Shown here piece by piece: positions 37,779 to 47,861 of a stretch of 64,000 bases of DNA. Location of the stretch: IMG/VR virus record IMGVR_UViG_3300010348_001764. One strand, written 5' to 3'. The DNA is from an uncultured virus (IMG/VR IMGVR_UViG_3300010348_001764) (lineage: Duplodnaviria; Heunggongvirae; Uroviricota; Caudoviricetes). Positions within the stretch are counted from its first letter, which is position 1. Each line of letters starts with the position of its first letter. The notes under the pieces were generated by a model. It ran no database searches and was not told where the DNA came from. It was given only the letters and a program-made list of their open reading frames with translations. The position numbers and the translations under genes were made by a program.

Positions 37779-38905
37779 CCTTCGCAACCATCGCCCACCT
37801 GGACGACCTGCTGCCGCACGTCCGCGACAACGTCCAGATCCGCGTGAAGACCGAGCCGAACGGCATGACGGTCGTCTGCTACATGATCCAGGACGAGGAC
37901 ACGTTCGATGGCCTGAACCAGGGTCACGAGCGCGAGTGCCGCGGCATCACGTTCCGTCAGGACGGCAAGATCGCTGCCCGCACGCTGCACAAGTTCTTCA
38001 ACATCGGCGAGCGCGAGGACACGCAGCCGCACGCGATCCAGTGGTCGCAGGTGGTTCGCATCATGGACAAGCGTGACGGCTCGATGGTCACGCCGGTGTT
38101 CGTGAACGGCAAGCTCACCTTCAAGACGAAGAAGTCCTTCGAGACGAAGGAGGCCGCCCTCGCCTACGACATCTGCCTGAAGACGAAGGACGGCGTGGCG
38201 TTCTGCCTGAAGATGGCGGAGCTCGGCCTGACGCCGACGTTCGAGGTCACCTCGCCGCGGTTCCCGATCGTGCTCAAGTACGACAAGGACGAGCTCACGC
38301 TGCTGCACGTTCGCGAGAACGAGAGCGGTCGCTACCTGACGGAGGAGGAGCTGTACGACCTCGGTTCGCCGTTCCCGATCGTCGAGAACCTCATCGAGCA
38401 GTTCTACGGTGATGGCCTGCCGGCCAAGCTGGTGTCGTTCGAGAAGCTGAAGGCCGCCGCCGAGACCCGCGAGGGCATCGAGGGCTGGATCATCCAGACG
38501 GCCGACGGCGAGATGTACAAGCTGAAGACGAAGTGGTACGTCGACCTGCACCACAGCGTGACGTTCACGCGCTGGCGCGACATCGCTCGCACAGTGTGCG
38601 AGGACAAGGCTGACGACCTGAAGGGCGCGTTCGCGCTGACGGGCCGCTCGATCGAGCCGATCCTGAAGGTCGAGCGTCAGATCAAGGCACGGCTGGACAG
38701 CGTGAAGCGGTTGGTGGCGACTGCCGTCGAGTACGGCGTCAAGAGCAACTTCGACGCAAAGGCAATGGCTCTGAAGTTCAAGGAGCACAACCTGTTCGGT
38801 CTGATCATGACGCTGTTCCGTGGCAAGGAGCCGGACTACATGGCGTGGTACATCAAGAACCACCTGGAGCAGGACTACGGTCTCGAGGTCGTGGAGGTGC
38901 ACTGA
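37775..38905 (+). CDS. RNA ligase 1 (T4 Rnl1/RnlA-like)
   Basis: ECRGITF, KFFN, KRDGS (motif I), TFE, EGWII (motif IV), KLKTKWY..LH (motif V). Confidence 0.9.
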   Translation: MTFATIAHLDDLLPHVRDNVQIRVKTEPNGMTVVCYMIQDEDTFDGLNQGHERECRGITFRQDGKIAARTLHKFFNIGEREDTQPHAIQWSQVVRIMDKRDGSMVTPVFVNGKLTFKTKKSFETKEAALAYDICLKTKDGVAFCLKMAELGLTPTFEVTSPRFPIVLKYDKDELTLLHVRENESGRYLTEEELYDLGSPFPIVENLIEQFYGDGLPAKLVSFEKLKAAAETREGIEGWIIQTADGEMYKLKTKWYVDLHHSVTFTRWRDIARTVCEDKADDLKGAFALTGRSIEPILKVERQIKARLDSVKRLVATAVEYGVKSNFDAKAMALKFKEHNLFGLIMTLFRGKEPDYMAWYIKNHLEQDYGLEVVEVH

Positions 38906-39162
38906 TGGACTACGCGCTGCGGATCATCAAGCTGGGGTTCTTCGACTTCTCGGGGCACTTCAGCTGGATGAACACGACACTGACGCTGATTGCCCTTGCC
39001 TGCTTCGGGCTGATCCTCTACGTCTTCGGTCGCGTCATCTACGACGCGGTGACCGGCAAGAGCAACGATGAGGGGCTCAGCACGACCTCCCAGATCGCGC
39101 TGCAGGCATCCATCACGAACATGCAGACAACTGTCCGCATCGCGCAGACGATCATCCGATGA
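38905..39162 (+). CDS. Small membrane protein
   Basis: One hydrophobic segment; TGATG coupling. Confidence 0.55.
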   Translation: MDYALRIIKLGFFDFSGHFSWMNTTLTLIALACFGLILYVFGRVIYDAVTGKSNDEGLSTTSQIALQASITNMQTTVRIAQTIIR

Positions 39163-39512
39163 TGCACATCATCGACCAGAAGTACGAGGAGAAGCGCACC
39201 CTCTGGCAGATCTTCGAGGAGGACGGCCCTGAGGCTGCGCTTGAGCGCGCCTTCCAGATCGCCGAGAGCTCAGGCTCCCTGAGCGCCTGGCCTGACAAGG
39301 GTCGGCTCTTCATGTGGACGTCCATGATGGGCAACCACGGCCTGTACGGCTACGGCAGCTTCAAGTACGTCACGCGCGCCGACCTCGTTGGACGCAAGTA
39401 CGAGGTTCAGCTGAGCGACGGCGGCTGCGGCCTTGCCATCTTCTGGACCGACGTCGTGCACGATCCCAAGGCCTACAAAGCCGTGCCAAAGCCCGCACAA
39501 GATTTCACCTGA
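39159..39512 (+). CDS. Hypothetical protein
   Basis: Coupled ORF. Confidence 0.6.
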   Translation: MMHIIDQKYEEKRTLWQIFEEDGPEAALERAFQIAESSGSLSAWPDKGRLFMWTSMMGNHGLYGYGSFKYVTRADLVGRKYEVQLSDGGCGLAIFWTDVVHDPKAYKAVPKPAQDFT

Positions 39513-39587
39513 TGAAATCTGCGTAATCTGGCCCGCAGTCCGTGCCTCCGTAAATACTCGGACGGCAGAAAACTGCCGGAGCAACAG

Positions 39588-40220
39588 ATGCAGCGCAAAG
39601 CGGAAGATCAGACCCCAAGCGAGAACCCCTACGACAACTTCTCGCTGGAGGCTCTGGGTGTTCACCAGTTCTTTGGCGAGGTAGATGAAGACAAGGCGCG
39701 AGACGCCTGTGAGTTCATCCTCAAGTCAAACCTGGTGTCGAAGAACCTGTCAACCCTGACGCTGGTTCTCAACACCGTCGGTGGCGAGTGCGGTGAGGGC
39801 TTTGCCGTCATCGACGTGATGGATACGTCCCGCATCCCAGTTGCGACCGTCGGTATCGGTAACATCATGTCGATGGGTGTCCTGCTTCTCTCAGCAGGGC
39901 AGAAGGGCTACCGCACCATCACGAAGAACACCGAGGTGATGGCGCACCAGTTCGCTGGCTACTTTGCCGGCAAGCAGCACGAGCTTCTTGCAACGCAGGC
40001 CTCCTACAAGATGCTGGAAGAGAAGTTCTTCAAGCACTTCCTGCGGCACAGCAAGATGTCTGAGAAGCAGATCCGCGACGTGCTGTTCTCACCATCCGAC
40101 CGCTACCTGACACCCACTGAGTGCGTGCGCTACGGCCTGGTGGACCGAGTGGTTGACTACGCTCAGTTCCAGCCGGCACCTCTGAAATCCGTCAAGCGCC
40201 GGAGTTCCGCAGCGCGATAA
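39588..40220 (+). CDS. clpP: ClpP-like serine protease subunit
   Basis: LNTVGG, GFAVIDVM, MSMG (Ser), MAHQ (His), DRYLT (Asp), YGLVD; late promoter at 39551. Confidence 0.85.
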   Translation: MQRKAEDQTPSENPYDNFSLEALGVHQFFGEVDEDKARDACEFILKSNLVSKNLSTLTLVLNTVGGECGEGFAVIDVMDTSRIPVATVGIGNIMSMGVLLLSAGQKGYRTITKNTEVMAHQFAGYFAGKQHELLATQASYKMLEEKFFKHFLRHSKMSEKQIRDVLFSPSDRYLTPTECVRYGLVDRVVDYAQFQPAPLKSVKRRSSAAR

Positions 40221-40434
40221 GCGCCTGCACCTTCTGCAGGCCCTCGTTCAGGCGGGCCTGGATGACCGGGTTCTGGCGAAATGCGAACAGCTTGTCGTAC
40301 AGCTGGTTCTGCACGTCGATCAGCTGGTTCACCGACAGGTTGTCCCATGTCTCGGCAGGCGGGATTGGCTTGGTGCCTTCATCAACGAAGTACTCGCCGT
40401 CAGGACGACCGTGGTATTCTCGAGCTGTGGTCAT
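40192..40434 (-). CDS. Hypothetical protein
   Basis: RBS AAGGAGG; converges on clpP. Confidence 0.6.
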   Translation of the reverse strand: MTTAREYHGRPDGEYFVDEGTKPIPPAETWDNLSVNQLIDVQNQLYDKLFAFRQNPVIQARLNEGLQKVQALIALRNSGA

Positions 40435-40504
40435 GTCAACCTCCTTCTTGTATCTATCCACCTCCGGGCGTAAATACAATCGAACCAAGACAAGGAACTC
40501 CACC

Positions 40505-40873
40505 ATGAAGCTCCACCAGCAGATCGCAACCTTCGAAGGCCAGGGACCGGTGCCGGTCAAGCTGACCCTCAATGAGATCATCCGCGCTGGCAAGGTCACG
40601 AACCCGTATCAGACCTTCGTGCTGGGCTGGCTGTCTGAGTTCTTCAAGAATGGCCTCAAGTCGGCTGACCTCGAGCTCGAAACGCCGATCACCTTTGAGA
40701 GCCGCGCCACCACAACTGAGCTCGTCAGCGAGCTCAAGGCCATGTCCCCGGCCGACCACGTCGCCCTCGCCCAGTACCTCATCGACTGCATCGATGCTGG
40801 TGAAAGCGCGCTGCACGATCAGCACATGAAGATCGGCGACTGGATCAAGTTCGTACTGCGCAAGCAGGACTAA
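40505..40873 (+). CDS. Hypothetical late protein
   Basis: TAAATA at 40471-40476; RBS aagga. Confidence 0.7.
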   Translation: MKLHQQIATFEGQGPVPVKLTLNEIIRAGKVTNPYQTFVLGWLSEFFKNGLKSADLELETPITFESRATTTELVSELKAMSPADHVALAQYLIDCIDAGESALHDQHMKIGDWIKFVLRKQD

Positions 40874-41050
40874 GTTCGCGGTGAACAGCTTTGATGCTGC
40901 CACCATGATCAACCAAGGGCCTACTTCCTACACATCGGCTGAGCAAGGCCAACGCGCCCCTCAGAGCACCTACCTTCGCCCCTCTGGTTGCTTTCGCACC
41001 ACGGCACCGTCCGTGGATGTTCTCTACCATGCTCCTGTAGGAGGAAACGC

Positions 41051-41821
41051 ATGGCAAGAAGGCTCGCTAACAAGCAGAAGTACCCACAACCACTGAATGA
41101 TGAAGGAGCAACTAAGGTCATTCGACTGAAGAACGCACCACAACCGAAGACAGAAAGCCAGCGCTACTACATGGACGCGCTGGAGACCGCACGCATCACC
41201 GTTGGAACCGGCCCTGCCGGCGGCGGTAAGTCCTTTCTCGCGATGGCAGTCGCCGTCCAGAAGCTCCTCAATCAGGAGGTGAACAAGGTCATCATCACGC
41301 GACCCGTAGTGGAAGCTGGTGAAAGCCTTGGCTTCCTACCTGGCACCCTTGAGGACAAGATCTCCCCCTACCTTCTCCCGCTGCTCGATGCCCTGACGGA
41401 CCTCGTTGGTCCCACCATGGCAAAGAAGCTGCTCGACGATGGCCGCATCGAGTTCGCTCCGCTGGCCTTCATGCGGGGTCGCACGTTCAAGTACAGCTAC
41501 GTCATTCTTGACGAAGCCCAGAACACGACCCCCGAGCAGATGAAGCTGTTCCTCACCCGCATCGGTGAGGGCACGCAGATGGCGGTCAACGGCGACCCGC
41601 TGCAGAGCGATCTGCGCGGCCTGCCTGAGAATGGGTTGGAGCTCGCAACGAGGAAGCTTCGCGGCGTGGATCCAGACATCATCGTCTGTGAGTTCTACAA
41701 CCGTGACATCGTGCGCGATCCGATCGTCGGAACCGTTCTCCAGTTTCTCGAGTCACCTGATGCCCGTCCGAGCCGCCCATCGAGCGGCCGGTCTGAGGTG
41801 TCGCTTCTTAACCGAGCCTAA
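41051..41821 (+). CDS. phoH: PhoH-family ATPase
   Basis: GPAGGGKS, TRPVVEAGESLGFLPG, PLAFMRGRTF, LDEAQN, FLTRIG, GDPLQSD. Confidence 0.95.
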   Translation: MARRLANKQKYPQPLNDEGATKVIRLKNAPQPKTESQRYYMDALETARITVGTGPAGGGKSFLAMAVAVQKLLNQEVNKVIITRPVVEAGESLGFLPGTLEDKISPYLLPLLDALTDLVGPTMAKKLLDDGRIEFAPLAFMRGRTFKYSYVILDEAQNTTPEQMKLFLTRIGEGTQMAVNGDPLQSDLRGLPENGLELATRKLRGVDPDIIVCEFYNRDIVRDPIVGTVLQFLESPDARPSRPSSGRSEVSLLNRA

Positions 41822-41844
41822 AGAGGAGGGCACTGCAGCCACTC

Positions 41845-41871
41845 AAGGGGACCCACGTGGGTCCCCTTTTT
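41845..41871 (+). terminator. Rho-independent terminator between convergent phoH and HNH genes
   Basis: aaggggaccc-acgt-gggtcccc followed by a T tract. Confidence 0.8.
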
Positions 41872-42464
41872 CATAGGCGCCTGAAGGATGGGTGCCGTGT
41901 GATACGATGGCGAGGTAGAGAAGTTGCAATCTCTGCATCCTTGATGCACGCATACTCAATGCCTTGAAACACGCAGCGCTTTGCAGCAGGGTTACTGCTA
42001 CCGGCATGCTGCTGGGACATCTTGGCTCTCGAAGATGGTGTATGAGGAGAACCAGGTTTCCCCTTGCGTAGGGCTGAAAGCCGTGCTCTGTGTTCAGGCG
42101 AGATAGTTTTCCCACGATGCTGATCTGACGTTGCCTTTGCCTTTAGCTCTCGGGCTATAGCAAATGTCTTTGCAGAAGGTATGTAGCGACTCGCGTTGTG
42201 GAGTTTTGAATGAACACACATTTTCCAAAGGCCATGACACATCTTTGCTTTGGCTTCACCCGTCGTCATGCGCACAAGCAACAGATGTGCGATAAAGTGT
42301 TCCTTTGCAGTTAGAACAACGATATCCTTCTTGTCACCTCCTAGTGCTAGAGGAATGAAGTGATGCTTCTCTACGTAGCCCTTCGGTTTCTCGCGAGTTC
42401 GAGCCCTCTCAATGATGGTAGTGTACCATCTCGCGTACTTGTTCTGGATAAATACGGCGTGCAT
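41871..42464 (-). mobile_element. Free-standing HNH homing endonuclease with NUMOD3-like motifs (copy 2)
   Basis: NKYARWY..II, EKHHFIPLALGG, LTAKEHFIAHLLL, SPEHRARLS; A/T-rich; minus-strand TAAATA at 42491-42496. Confidence 0.88.
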
Positions 42465-42516
42465 CTTGGTAGTCGGGATGAGTGCACGCTTATTTACTTC
42501 ACCGACGGAGAACACT

Positions 42517-44856
42517 ATGTCTTACACCCTCCAGTGGCTGACGCCCTCGATTGACGCCAACAAGGCGACCCCCATCACCGTCGGCGTTGCCTCCACGAAC
42601 TCCACCGCTGCCCCGATCACCTTCACCGGCAAGGGCGCCGCCAACTACGGTCTCATCGAGCAGACCAACCTGATGCGCGTGCTGGAGAACTTCGCAGCTC
42701 CGGTACCTCCAGCCAATCCAACGGTCGGTATGAACTGGTACGACAGCACCAAGAAGGTGCTGAACGTCTGCGTTTCGACTGTGCCGCTCGTGTGGCAGTC
42801 CATGGGTGGCATCACTATTGGCTCAGCTCCACCGGCCTCTCCTCAGCTTGGCGACCTCTGGGTCAACCAGGTGAACGACGTCACCGCGGCGATGTACATG
42901 TACACCGGCGTTGGCCGCTACCCAGCAACCGCCTGGGACGCCTACACGGTTGGCTACTACGGCGCCGCCTCCACGCTGGTGGCCCCGTACCCTGGCATCC
43001 TGCTCAACTACAACACGTTCAGCACCACCAACTACAATGAGGCCTACATTCACGGCTTCTCGGGTGCAACGCCAGCCGACGTCGATCCGCAGATCCTCGT
43101 CAACGGCGTGCTGACCAACATGCCGCGCGGCGTGATGTTCACCGGCGAGAAGGTTGCCCGTGGCTTCATCGTGTGGGACACCACTGCCACCCTCACCTCC
43201 ACTGGCGGTGCCTCGCACTTCTTTGGCGTGCGCGACGTTGGCGCCGGCAAGTGGGAGTACGACACCAACTCCGGTTGGGCGCCCTTCACGCCAGTCAGCG
43301 GCATGTACGTCGTTGGCACCTACTCGTCGGCGGTCGTTGACACCAACACCGCACCTGGCCTTACCGCTGGCGCAGTGTGGCAGGAAACCCGCGACCTCAC
43401 CACTTTCGTTGGCGCTGCCCAGACCTCCGCCAACGGCGCTGGTGGTTGGGAGCAGATCTTCCCGACGGTAGAGTACCACGGCGCCCGCGCCGAGTTCGAT
43501 GAGATGCTGCAGCTCCTGCTCGCCTTCATCGGCTCGCCTGAGACGTGGGGCGGCAACGGCATGATCGAAGGTCTGCCGTTCCCTGACCTCGCGACCCTCG
43601 ATGCAAGCGTCCAGCTGGCGTACGCCAACGCCACCAACAACGGCCTCGACACCGTCACCGAGCCGCTCGCCTCCGCTGCTCTGCGCGTTGAACCGAACTC
43701 GCAGGACTGGGACCTGCTCCTCGCCGCCGCCAAGCTCGCGCTGAACCGCCTCGATGTACCGGTCGGTTACGCCCTCGACGTATCGCCGCAGCCGTTCACG
43801 ATGGACGGCCTGCCACCTGCCGCACCGGTTGTCGCGCTGCCAACCACCGACATCCGCTACCCAACGGCTGCTCGCCTCGCCAAGCGCCGCGTCGGTTCGG
43901 TCACGTCCTCGCGCACGTACACCGAGACGATGAACCTGCTGGCCAATGCCACGGCCCTGCGCTACCAGCTGAAGACGTACTCAGGCAACAACAGCACGAA
44001 CTCCTCACCTCTGCTGACGTCGGCTCCGTACTTCCAGTCGCAGCACCAGGCGCTGTACACCGGCGGTTCGTTCACGACGATGGAGCTGCGCTTCGCCTTC
44101 GCGAACGATCACGACCTGCGCACGTTCTTCGCCGGCGGCAACTGCATCGACGTGCTGCCAAGCTACACGCTGCCTGGCTCGCCGACCGCCAACGACACCA
44201 ACTGGCAGGCCTTCCTCCAGACCTGCGCCCGCATCCGCATCTCGCAGGACATGGTGCGCGTCTTCGACAACGGCGCTCCAGCCAACCTGACGCAGGCCCC
44301 AATTGCCGGCGGCTTCGCGAACACGGGCACCAGCCCAACCTTCGCCACGCTGGCGACCATCACGAGCGGCAGCTACTCGGCAGCCATCAGCACCTCCAAG
44401 GCAGGCGGTGACCTGCGCGTGCGCATCATCCTGAACGCACCAAGCGCCCTGGGTGGTACGTCGCAGGTTCGCTACGCCGTCATCCACGACTGCGTCTCGC
44501 ACGACGCCGATGTGCCGTTCTTCTCTCGTCCTGCGTTCTTCGTCGCAGGTTCCGACGACGCCGCGAAGGACCCGATCTGGACGAACATCGTCATCTCGAC
44601 CCCTCCAACCTCTGCCTTCTCGGCTTCGGCAGTGACTGGTGCAGCTCCGCTGTCGGTCAACTTCAACTGGACAGGTGTCAACCTGGGTGCAGGCACGGTT
44701 GACTGGGACTTCGAGAGCGACGGCACCGTGGACAGCAGCGGTACGAGCGTGTCGCACACGTACACGCAACCTGGCTACTACACCGTCACGATCTACGCAG
44801 GCTCGTCAGGTGCACGCGACGCGCTGCAGCGCGTGTCCTACATTCATGTGACGTAA
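42517..44856 (+). CDS. Virion structural protein (baseplate/tail) with a C-terminal PKD domain
   Basis: N-terminal GKG..NYG..QTNL..LENFA..PPANPTVG..WYD motif; C-terminal GAAPLSVNF..WDF..DG..SHTYTQPGYYTV; late promoter at 42449. Confidence 0.75.
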   Translation: MSYTLQWLTPSIDANKATPITVGVASTNSTAAPITFTGKGAANYGLIEQTNLMRVLENFAAPVPPANPTVGMNWYDSTKKVLNVCVSTVPLVWQSMGGITIGSAPPASPQLGDLWVNQVNDVTAAMYMYTGVGRYPATAWDAYTVGYYGAASTLVAPYPGILLNYNTFSTTNYNEAYIHGFSGATPADVDPQILVNGVLTNMPRGVMFTGEKVARGFIVWDTTATLTSTGGASHFFGVRDVGAGKWEYDTNSGWAPFTPVSGMYVVGTYSSAVVDTNTAPGLTAGAVWQETRDLTTFVGAAQTSANGAGGWEQIFPTVEYHGARAEFDEMLQLLLAFIGSPETWGGNGMIEGLPFPDLATLDASVQLAYANATNNGLDTVTEPLASAALRVEPNSQDWDLLLAAAKLALNRLDVPVGYALDVSPQPFTMDGLPPAAPVVALPTTDIRYPTAARLAKRRVGSVTSSRTYTETMNLLANATALRYQLKTYSGNNSTNSSPLLTSAPYFQSQHQALYTGGSFTTMELRFAFANDHDLRTFFAGGNCIDVLPSYTLPGSPTANDTNWQAFLQTCARIRISQDMVRVFDNGAPANLTQAPIAGGFANTGTSPTFATLATITSGSYSAAISTSKAGGDLRVRIILNAPSALGGTSQVRYAVIHDCVSHDADVPFFSRPAFFVAGSDDAAKDPIWTNIVISTPPTSAFSASAVTGAAPLSVNFNWTGVNLGAGTVDWDFESDGTVDSSGTSVSHTYTQPGYYTVTIYAGSSGARDALQRVSYIHVT

Positions 44857-44869
44857 AGAGGGTTGAGCT

Positions 44870-44899
44870 GTTTACAGGGGGTTCACGGTTGGATAGAAT
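44870..44899 (+). promoter_or_regulatory. Early promoter GTTTAC-N18-TAGAAT
   Basis: Intergenic; T4-like early consensus. Confidence 0.6.
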
Positions 44900-44917
44900 G
44901 GGCTCAGCACGTTAACA

Positions 44918-45196
44918 ATGAGGAGCCCACTCTTGAAGCAGACCAAACCAATCATCGTCCTACCTGGCCAGCTCTACTACGACGAAACGAAGAACGAGTA
45001 CCTCATCGTTAGCCGTCACCAAGGGGACACGACCTCATACGAAGGTCGCGGCTTCCGAGGAATGCTGGAGACCGACGAGTTCCTCGAGCGCTTTCAACCT
45101 GTCGATCCGGCAGACCTGGAGCAGGAGGAGCTTGACGAGCTGGTCAACCTCTGCCGAGTTCCAGTGACCCCGAAGATCGGCTTCATCAAGGACTGA
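44918..45196 (+). CDS. Hypothetical protein
   Basis: Downstream of a promoter. Confidence 0.6.
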   Translation: MRSPLLKQTKPIIVLPGQLYYDETKNEYLIVSRHQGDTTSYEGRGFRGMLETDEFLERFQPVDPADLEQEELDELVNLCRVPVTPKIGFIKD

Positions 45197-45199
45197 GAC

Positions 45200-45682
45200 A
45201 TGGCAAAGATCGTAAGCCGAACCGACACCGACGCAGGTCGCCTCGCTGCCCTCCAGCAGCTCATCATGGACCACTCGCTGGGCAACATCGGCAAGGCCGA
45301 GGACAACCCAAACTTCGTGGTTGCCGACAACTTCGAGGACGGCCTGGACCAGGTCAACCAGCTGTTCATGGGTCTCAAGGCAGCCCTGGTCGCCATGCGC
45401 ACCCGGTACGACGTTCTCGACGCCGCCTTCGTGATGACCCGCACCCGTCTCGAGCTGGTCGAGGACCTGCTGGCCTCCGTCGTGGAGGACATCGACTACG
45501 ACGAGCCGCTCGACCATGCGACCATGGACCTGATGGACTGCATGGCCTCCCGTGGAAGCTGCGGCTTCGACGCCGACGGCCACCTCGTCTTCGACGAGCG
45601 CTCGCGGTTCTCGAAGGAGGACATCAAGCCCATGCTGCGCGAGGCGATCGTGCGCTGGGTCGAGCTGAGGATGTCCAAGTGA
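45200..45682 (+). CDS. Acidic hypothetical protein
   Basis: Operon position and codon usage. Confidence 0.65.
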   Translation: MAKIVSRTDTDAGRLAALQQLIMDHSLGNIGKAEDNPNFVVADNFEDGLDQVNQLFMGLKAALVAMRTRYDVLDAAFVMTRTRLELVEDLLASVVEDIDYDEPLDHATMDLMDCMASRGSCGFDADGHLVFDERSRFSKEDIKPMLREAIVRWVELRMSK

Positions 45683-46152
45683 ACGCGGAGATCGAGGCCC
45701 TCCTGGCCGACGTCCGCGCCTACGGCGACAGCACCCAGCGCTGGGAGCGCCAGCTTCTTCTCGGCCGCATCGAGATTGCTGCCAAGGCCCTCATCGGACA
45801 GGAGCGCGTACCTGACCTGGGCCCATGGCACGCCAACTCCAACGGCACCGTCATCTCCTCGGACAGCTTCGACCATGACGTGCAGCTGCGCGTGTCGGGC
45901 GACTTCTACAGCGACAGCGACCGCGTGGCCTACACGACCGCCCTCGTCAACCACCTCAACGGCAACCAGCCCCTGACCGGTGGCCTGCCGAAGGAACCGC
46001 CTGCCTCGCTGATCCACTCCATGTGCATGCGCTACAGGCACGACTACGGCCTCATCGCGCCTGAGCACCAGGAGGCAACGCGGTCCATCATGCGCCAGCT
46101 CTACAAGGAAGCGGCTGGCCACGGCTTCTTCAAGTGGCCAGGCGACGTGTAA
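45679..46152 (+). CDS. Hypothetical protein
   Basis: GTGA coupling. Confidence 0.65.
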   Translation: MNAEIEALLADVRAYGDSTQRWERQLLLGRIEIAAKALIGQERVPDLGPWHANSNGTVISSDSFDHDVQLRVSGDFYSDSDRVAYTTALVNHLNGNQPLTGGLPKEPPASLIHSMCMRYRHDYGLIAPEHQEATRSIMRQLYKEAAGHGFFKWPGDV

Positions 46153-46207
46153 CAGATCTTCGTGGTTACAACTTGGTTGTGTACTAGACCGGTGGTTGAT
46201 GTACAAT
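46148..46207 (+). promoter_or_regulatory. Early promoter TGTAAC-N11-GTTACA-N8-GTGTAC-N17-TACAAT
   Basis: Read directly from the sequence. Confidence 0.8.
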
Positions 46208-46282
46208 AGCTTCATCGGTTGAGACAAGGTCGAGACCGAGATCGAAAGTCCAACCTCTTTGTCAACCACTGGAGATTTCCAC

Positions 46283-46558
46283 ATGACCGAAGCCACCGTC
46301 GCCACCACCCCGAAGTCCGTCGCCGCCCGTGCCGCCCGCAAGCGCTTCTCGTTCGGCAAGGTCTGGAACGCCGCCGTCGTGGCCGGCAAGGCCACCGACG
46401 TCGCCAAGCTGGTCGAGCAAGGCGTCCGCCTGAAGGCCGGCAGCCGCTCGGACCTGAAGAAGCTGAAGCTGGCCACCCTGCGCGCCAAGGTCGCCGCCAA
46501 GCTGCAGGCCGCCGAAGCCGCTCCGGTTGCCACCGCCACCGAGGCCACCAGCGCCTAA
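46283..46558 (+). CDS. Small basic Ala/Lys-rich early protein
   Basis: Strong promoter and RBS ggag, very biased codons, downstream hairpin at 46582-46598. Confidence 0.75.
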   Translation: MTEATVATTPKSVAARAARKRFSFGKVWNAAVVAGKATDVAKLVEQGVRLKAGSRSDLKKLKLATLRAKVAAKLQAAEAAPVATATEATSA

Positions 46559-46773
46559 GAGCTTTCCGCTCTTCATCTCGCAGGGCCCCTAGGGCCCTTG
46601 AGGCGCTAGGAGAACCCACATGAACGCCTACAAGGTCACCTTCGTCTTCCTCGGCATCATCTACCTGGTGCTGCTGGCTTGGGGAGCAGGCATTCCTTCC
46701 CGGGGCGTCATGACCCTGTCCCTCATGGGAGCCTTCGTCTGCTCTCTTGGTTGGTGGATGGTCGACCGCTACA

Positions 46774-46833
46774 TGTAACCGGCTTCGCCCGTTACAATCT
46801 AGTTGTGTACTAGATGTGGCAGTGGTGTACAAT
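46774..46833 (+). promoter_or_regulatory. Early promoter TGTAAC-N11-GTTACA-N8-GTGTAC-N17-TACAAT
   Basis: Near-copy of the 46148 promoter (gttacaa.....ttgtgtactaga). Confidence 0.8.
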
Positions 46834-46865
46834 ACACCTATCGACCAAGCAACCTCGGAAGCAAA

Positions 46866-47837
46866 ATGACCAAAGTCGCTGAACTCCGCCACAACGCTAC
46901 CACCAACAAGTGGGAAGCTTCCTACGCCGGCCAGGTCTTCCTGAAGTCGACGTCCAAGGACTACGTGGTGGACAAGATCGTCAATCAGATCAGCGAGAAG
47001 GCCAAGAAGCTGGGCATCACCGACTACGTCGAAGTGGGTGCCGCTCCTGCCGGTGCCAAGCGCGAGGTCAACCCCGAGTTGCAGTTCTCTATCGACGAGC
47101 GCTTCGACATCCTGACGGACTTCGTCACGATGGTTGCCAAGCGCAACGTTCCCTCGGCCGTGATCACCGGCTCCGGCGGTCTCGGCAAGACGCACACCGT
47201 GCTGGCAGCTCTCGCTGCCGCGGGTCTGAAGAACATCGACGACCTCGAGGTCGGCGCCGTGATGGACGAAGCTCTCCAGGAAAGCACCTTCCTGATGGTC
47301 AAGGGCTTCTCGACGGCCAAGGCTCTCTACCGCACCCTCTACGAGAACCAGAACCGAGTGATCGTCTTCGACGACTGCGACAGCATCCAGAAGGACGCGG
47401 ACGCGGTGAACATCCTCAAGGCTGCCCTCGACAGCTACGAGAGCCGCACGATCTCGTGGAACTCGGAGAGCCCGTTCGGTAAGGAAGACGCGCTGCCGCG
47501 CTCGTTCAAGTTCTACGGTGGCGTCGTGTTCATCAGCAACCTGCCGATGTACAAGGTGCCGCAGGCCCTGATCAGCCGCTGTCTCGCTGCCGACGTCTCG
47601 ATGACCCGCGAGGAGATCATCCAGCGCATGACGACCATCGTCAAGGCCGGCGAGTTCCTCCCGGCTGTCGACATGGAAGTCAAGCTCGAGTGCCTCGAGT
47701 ACCTGGCGGAAGTCTCGAAGCTGCCGGAAGTGCAGGCCCTGAACCTGCGCTCGCTGATCAAGACTGTCAACATCCGTCTGTCGGTGCCGAGCAACTGGAA
47801 GCGCCGCGCTCTCTACTCGCTGCTGAACGACCGCTGA
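46866..47837 (+). CDS. AAA+-type P-loop ATPase, early
   Basis: GSGGLGKT, IVFDDCD, FISN, ALISRC. Confidence 0.8.
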   Translation: MTKVAELRHNATTNKWEASYAGQVFLKSTSKDYVVDKIVNQISEKAKKLGITDYVEVGAAPAGAKREVNPELQFSIDERFDILTDFVTMVAKRNVPSAVITGSGGLGKTHTVLAALAAAGLKNIDDLEVGAVMDEALQESTFLMVKGFSTAKALYRTLYENQNRVIVFDDCDSIQKDADAVNILKAALDSYESRTISWNSESPFGKEDALPRSFKFYGGVVFISNLPMYKVPQALISRCLAADVSMTREEIIQRMTTIVKAGEFLPAVDMEVKLECLEYLAEVSKLPEVQALNLRSLIKTVNIRLSVPSNWKRRALYSLLNDR

Positions 47838-47861
47838 TCGAAGTCCGCCAAGGAGCCAACC

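Noticed and set aside
40881..41050. Short ORF 40881..41096 or structured RNA upstream of phoH
   Set aside because: Atypical codons, overlap with phoH and no convincing extended structure; insufficient support.
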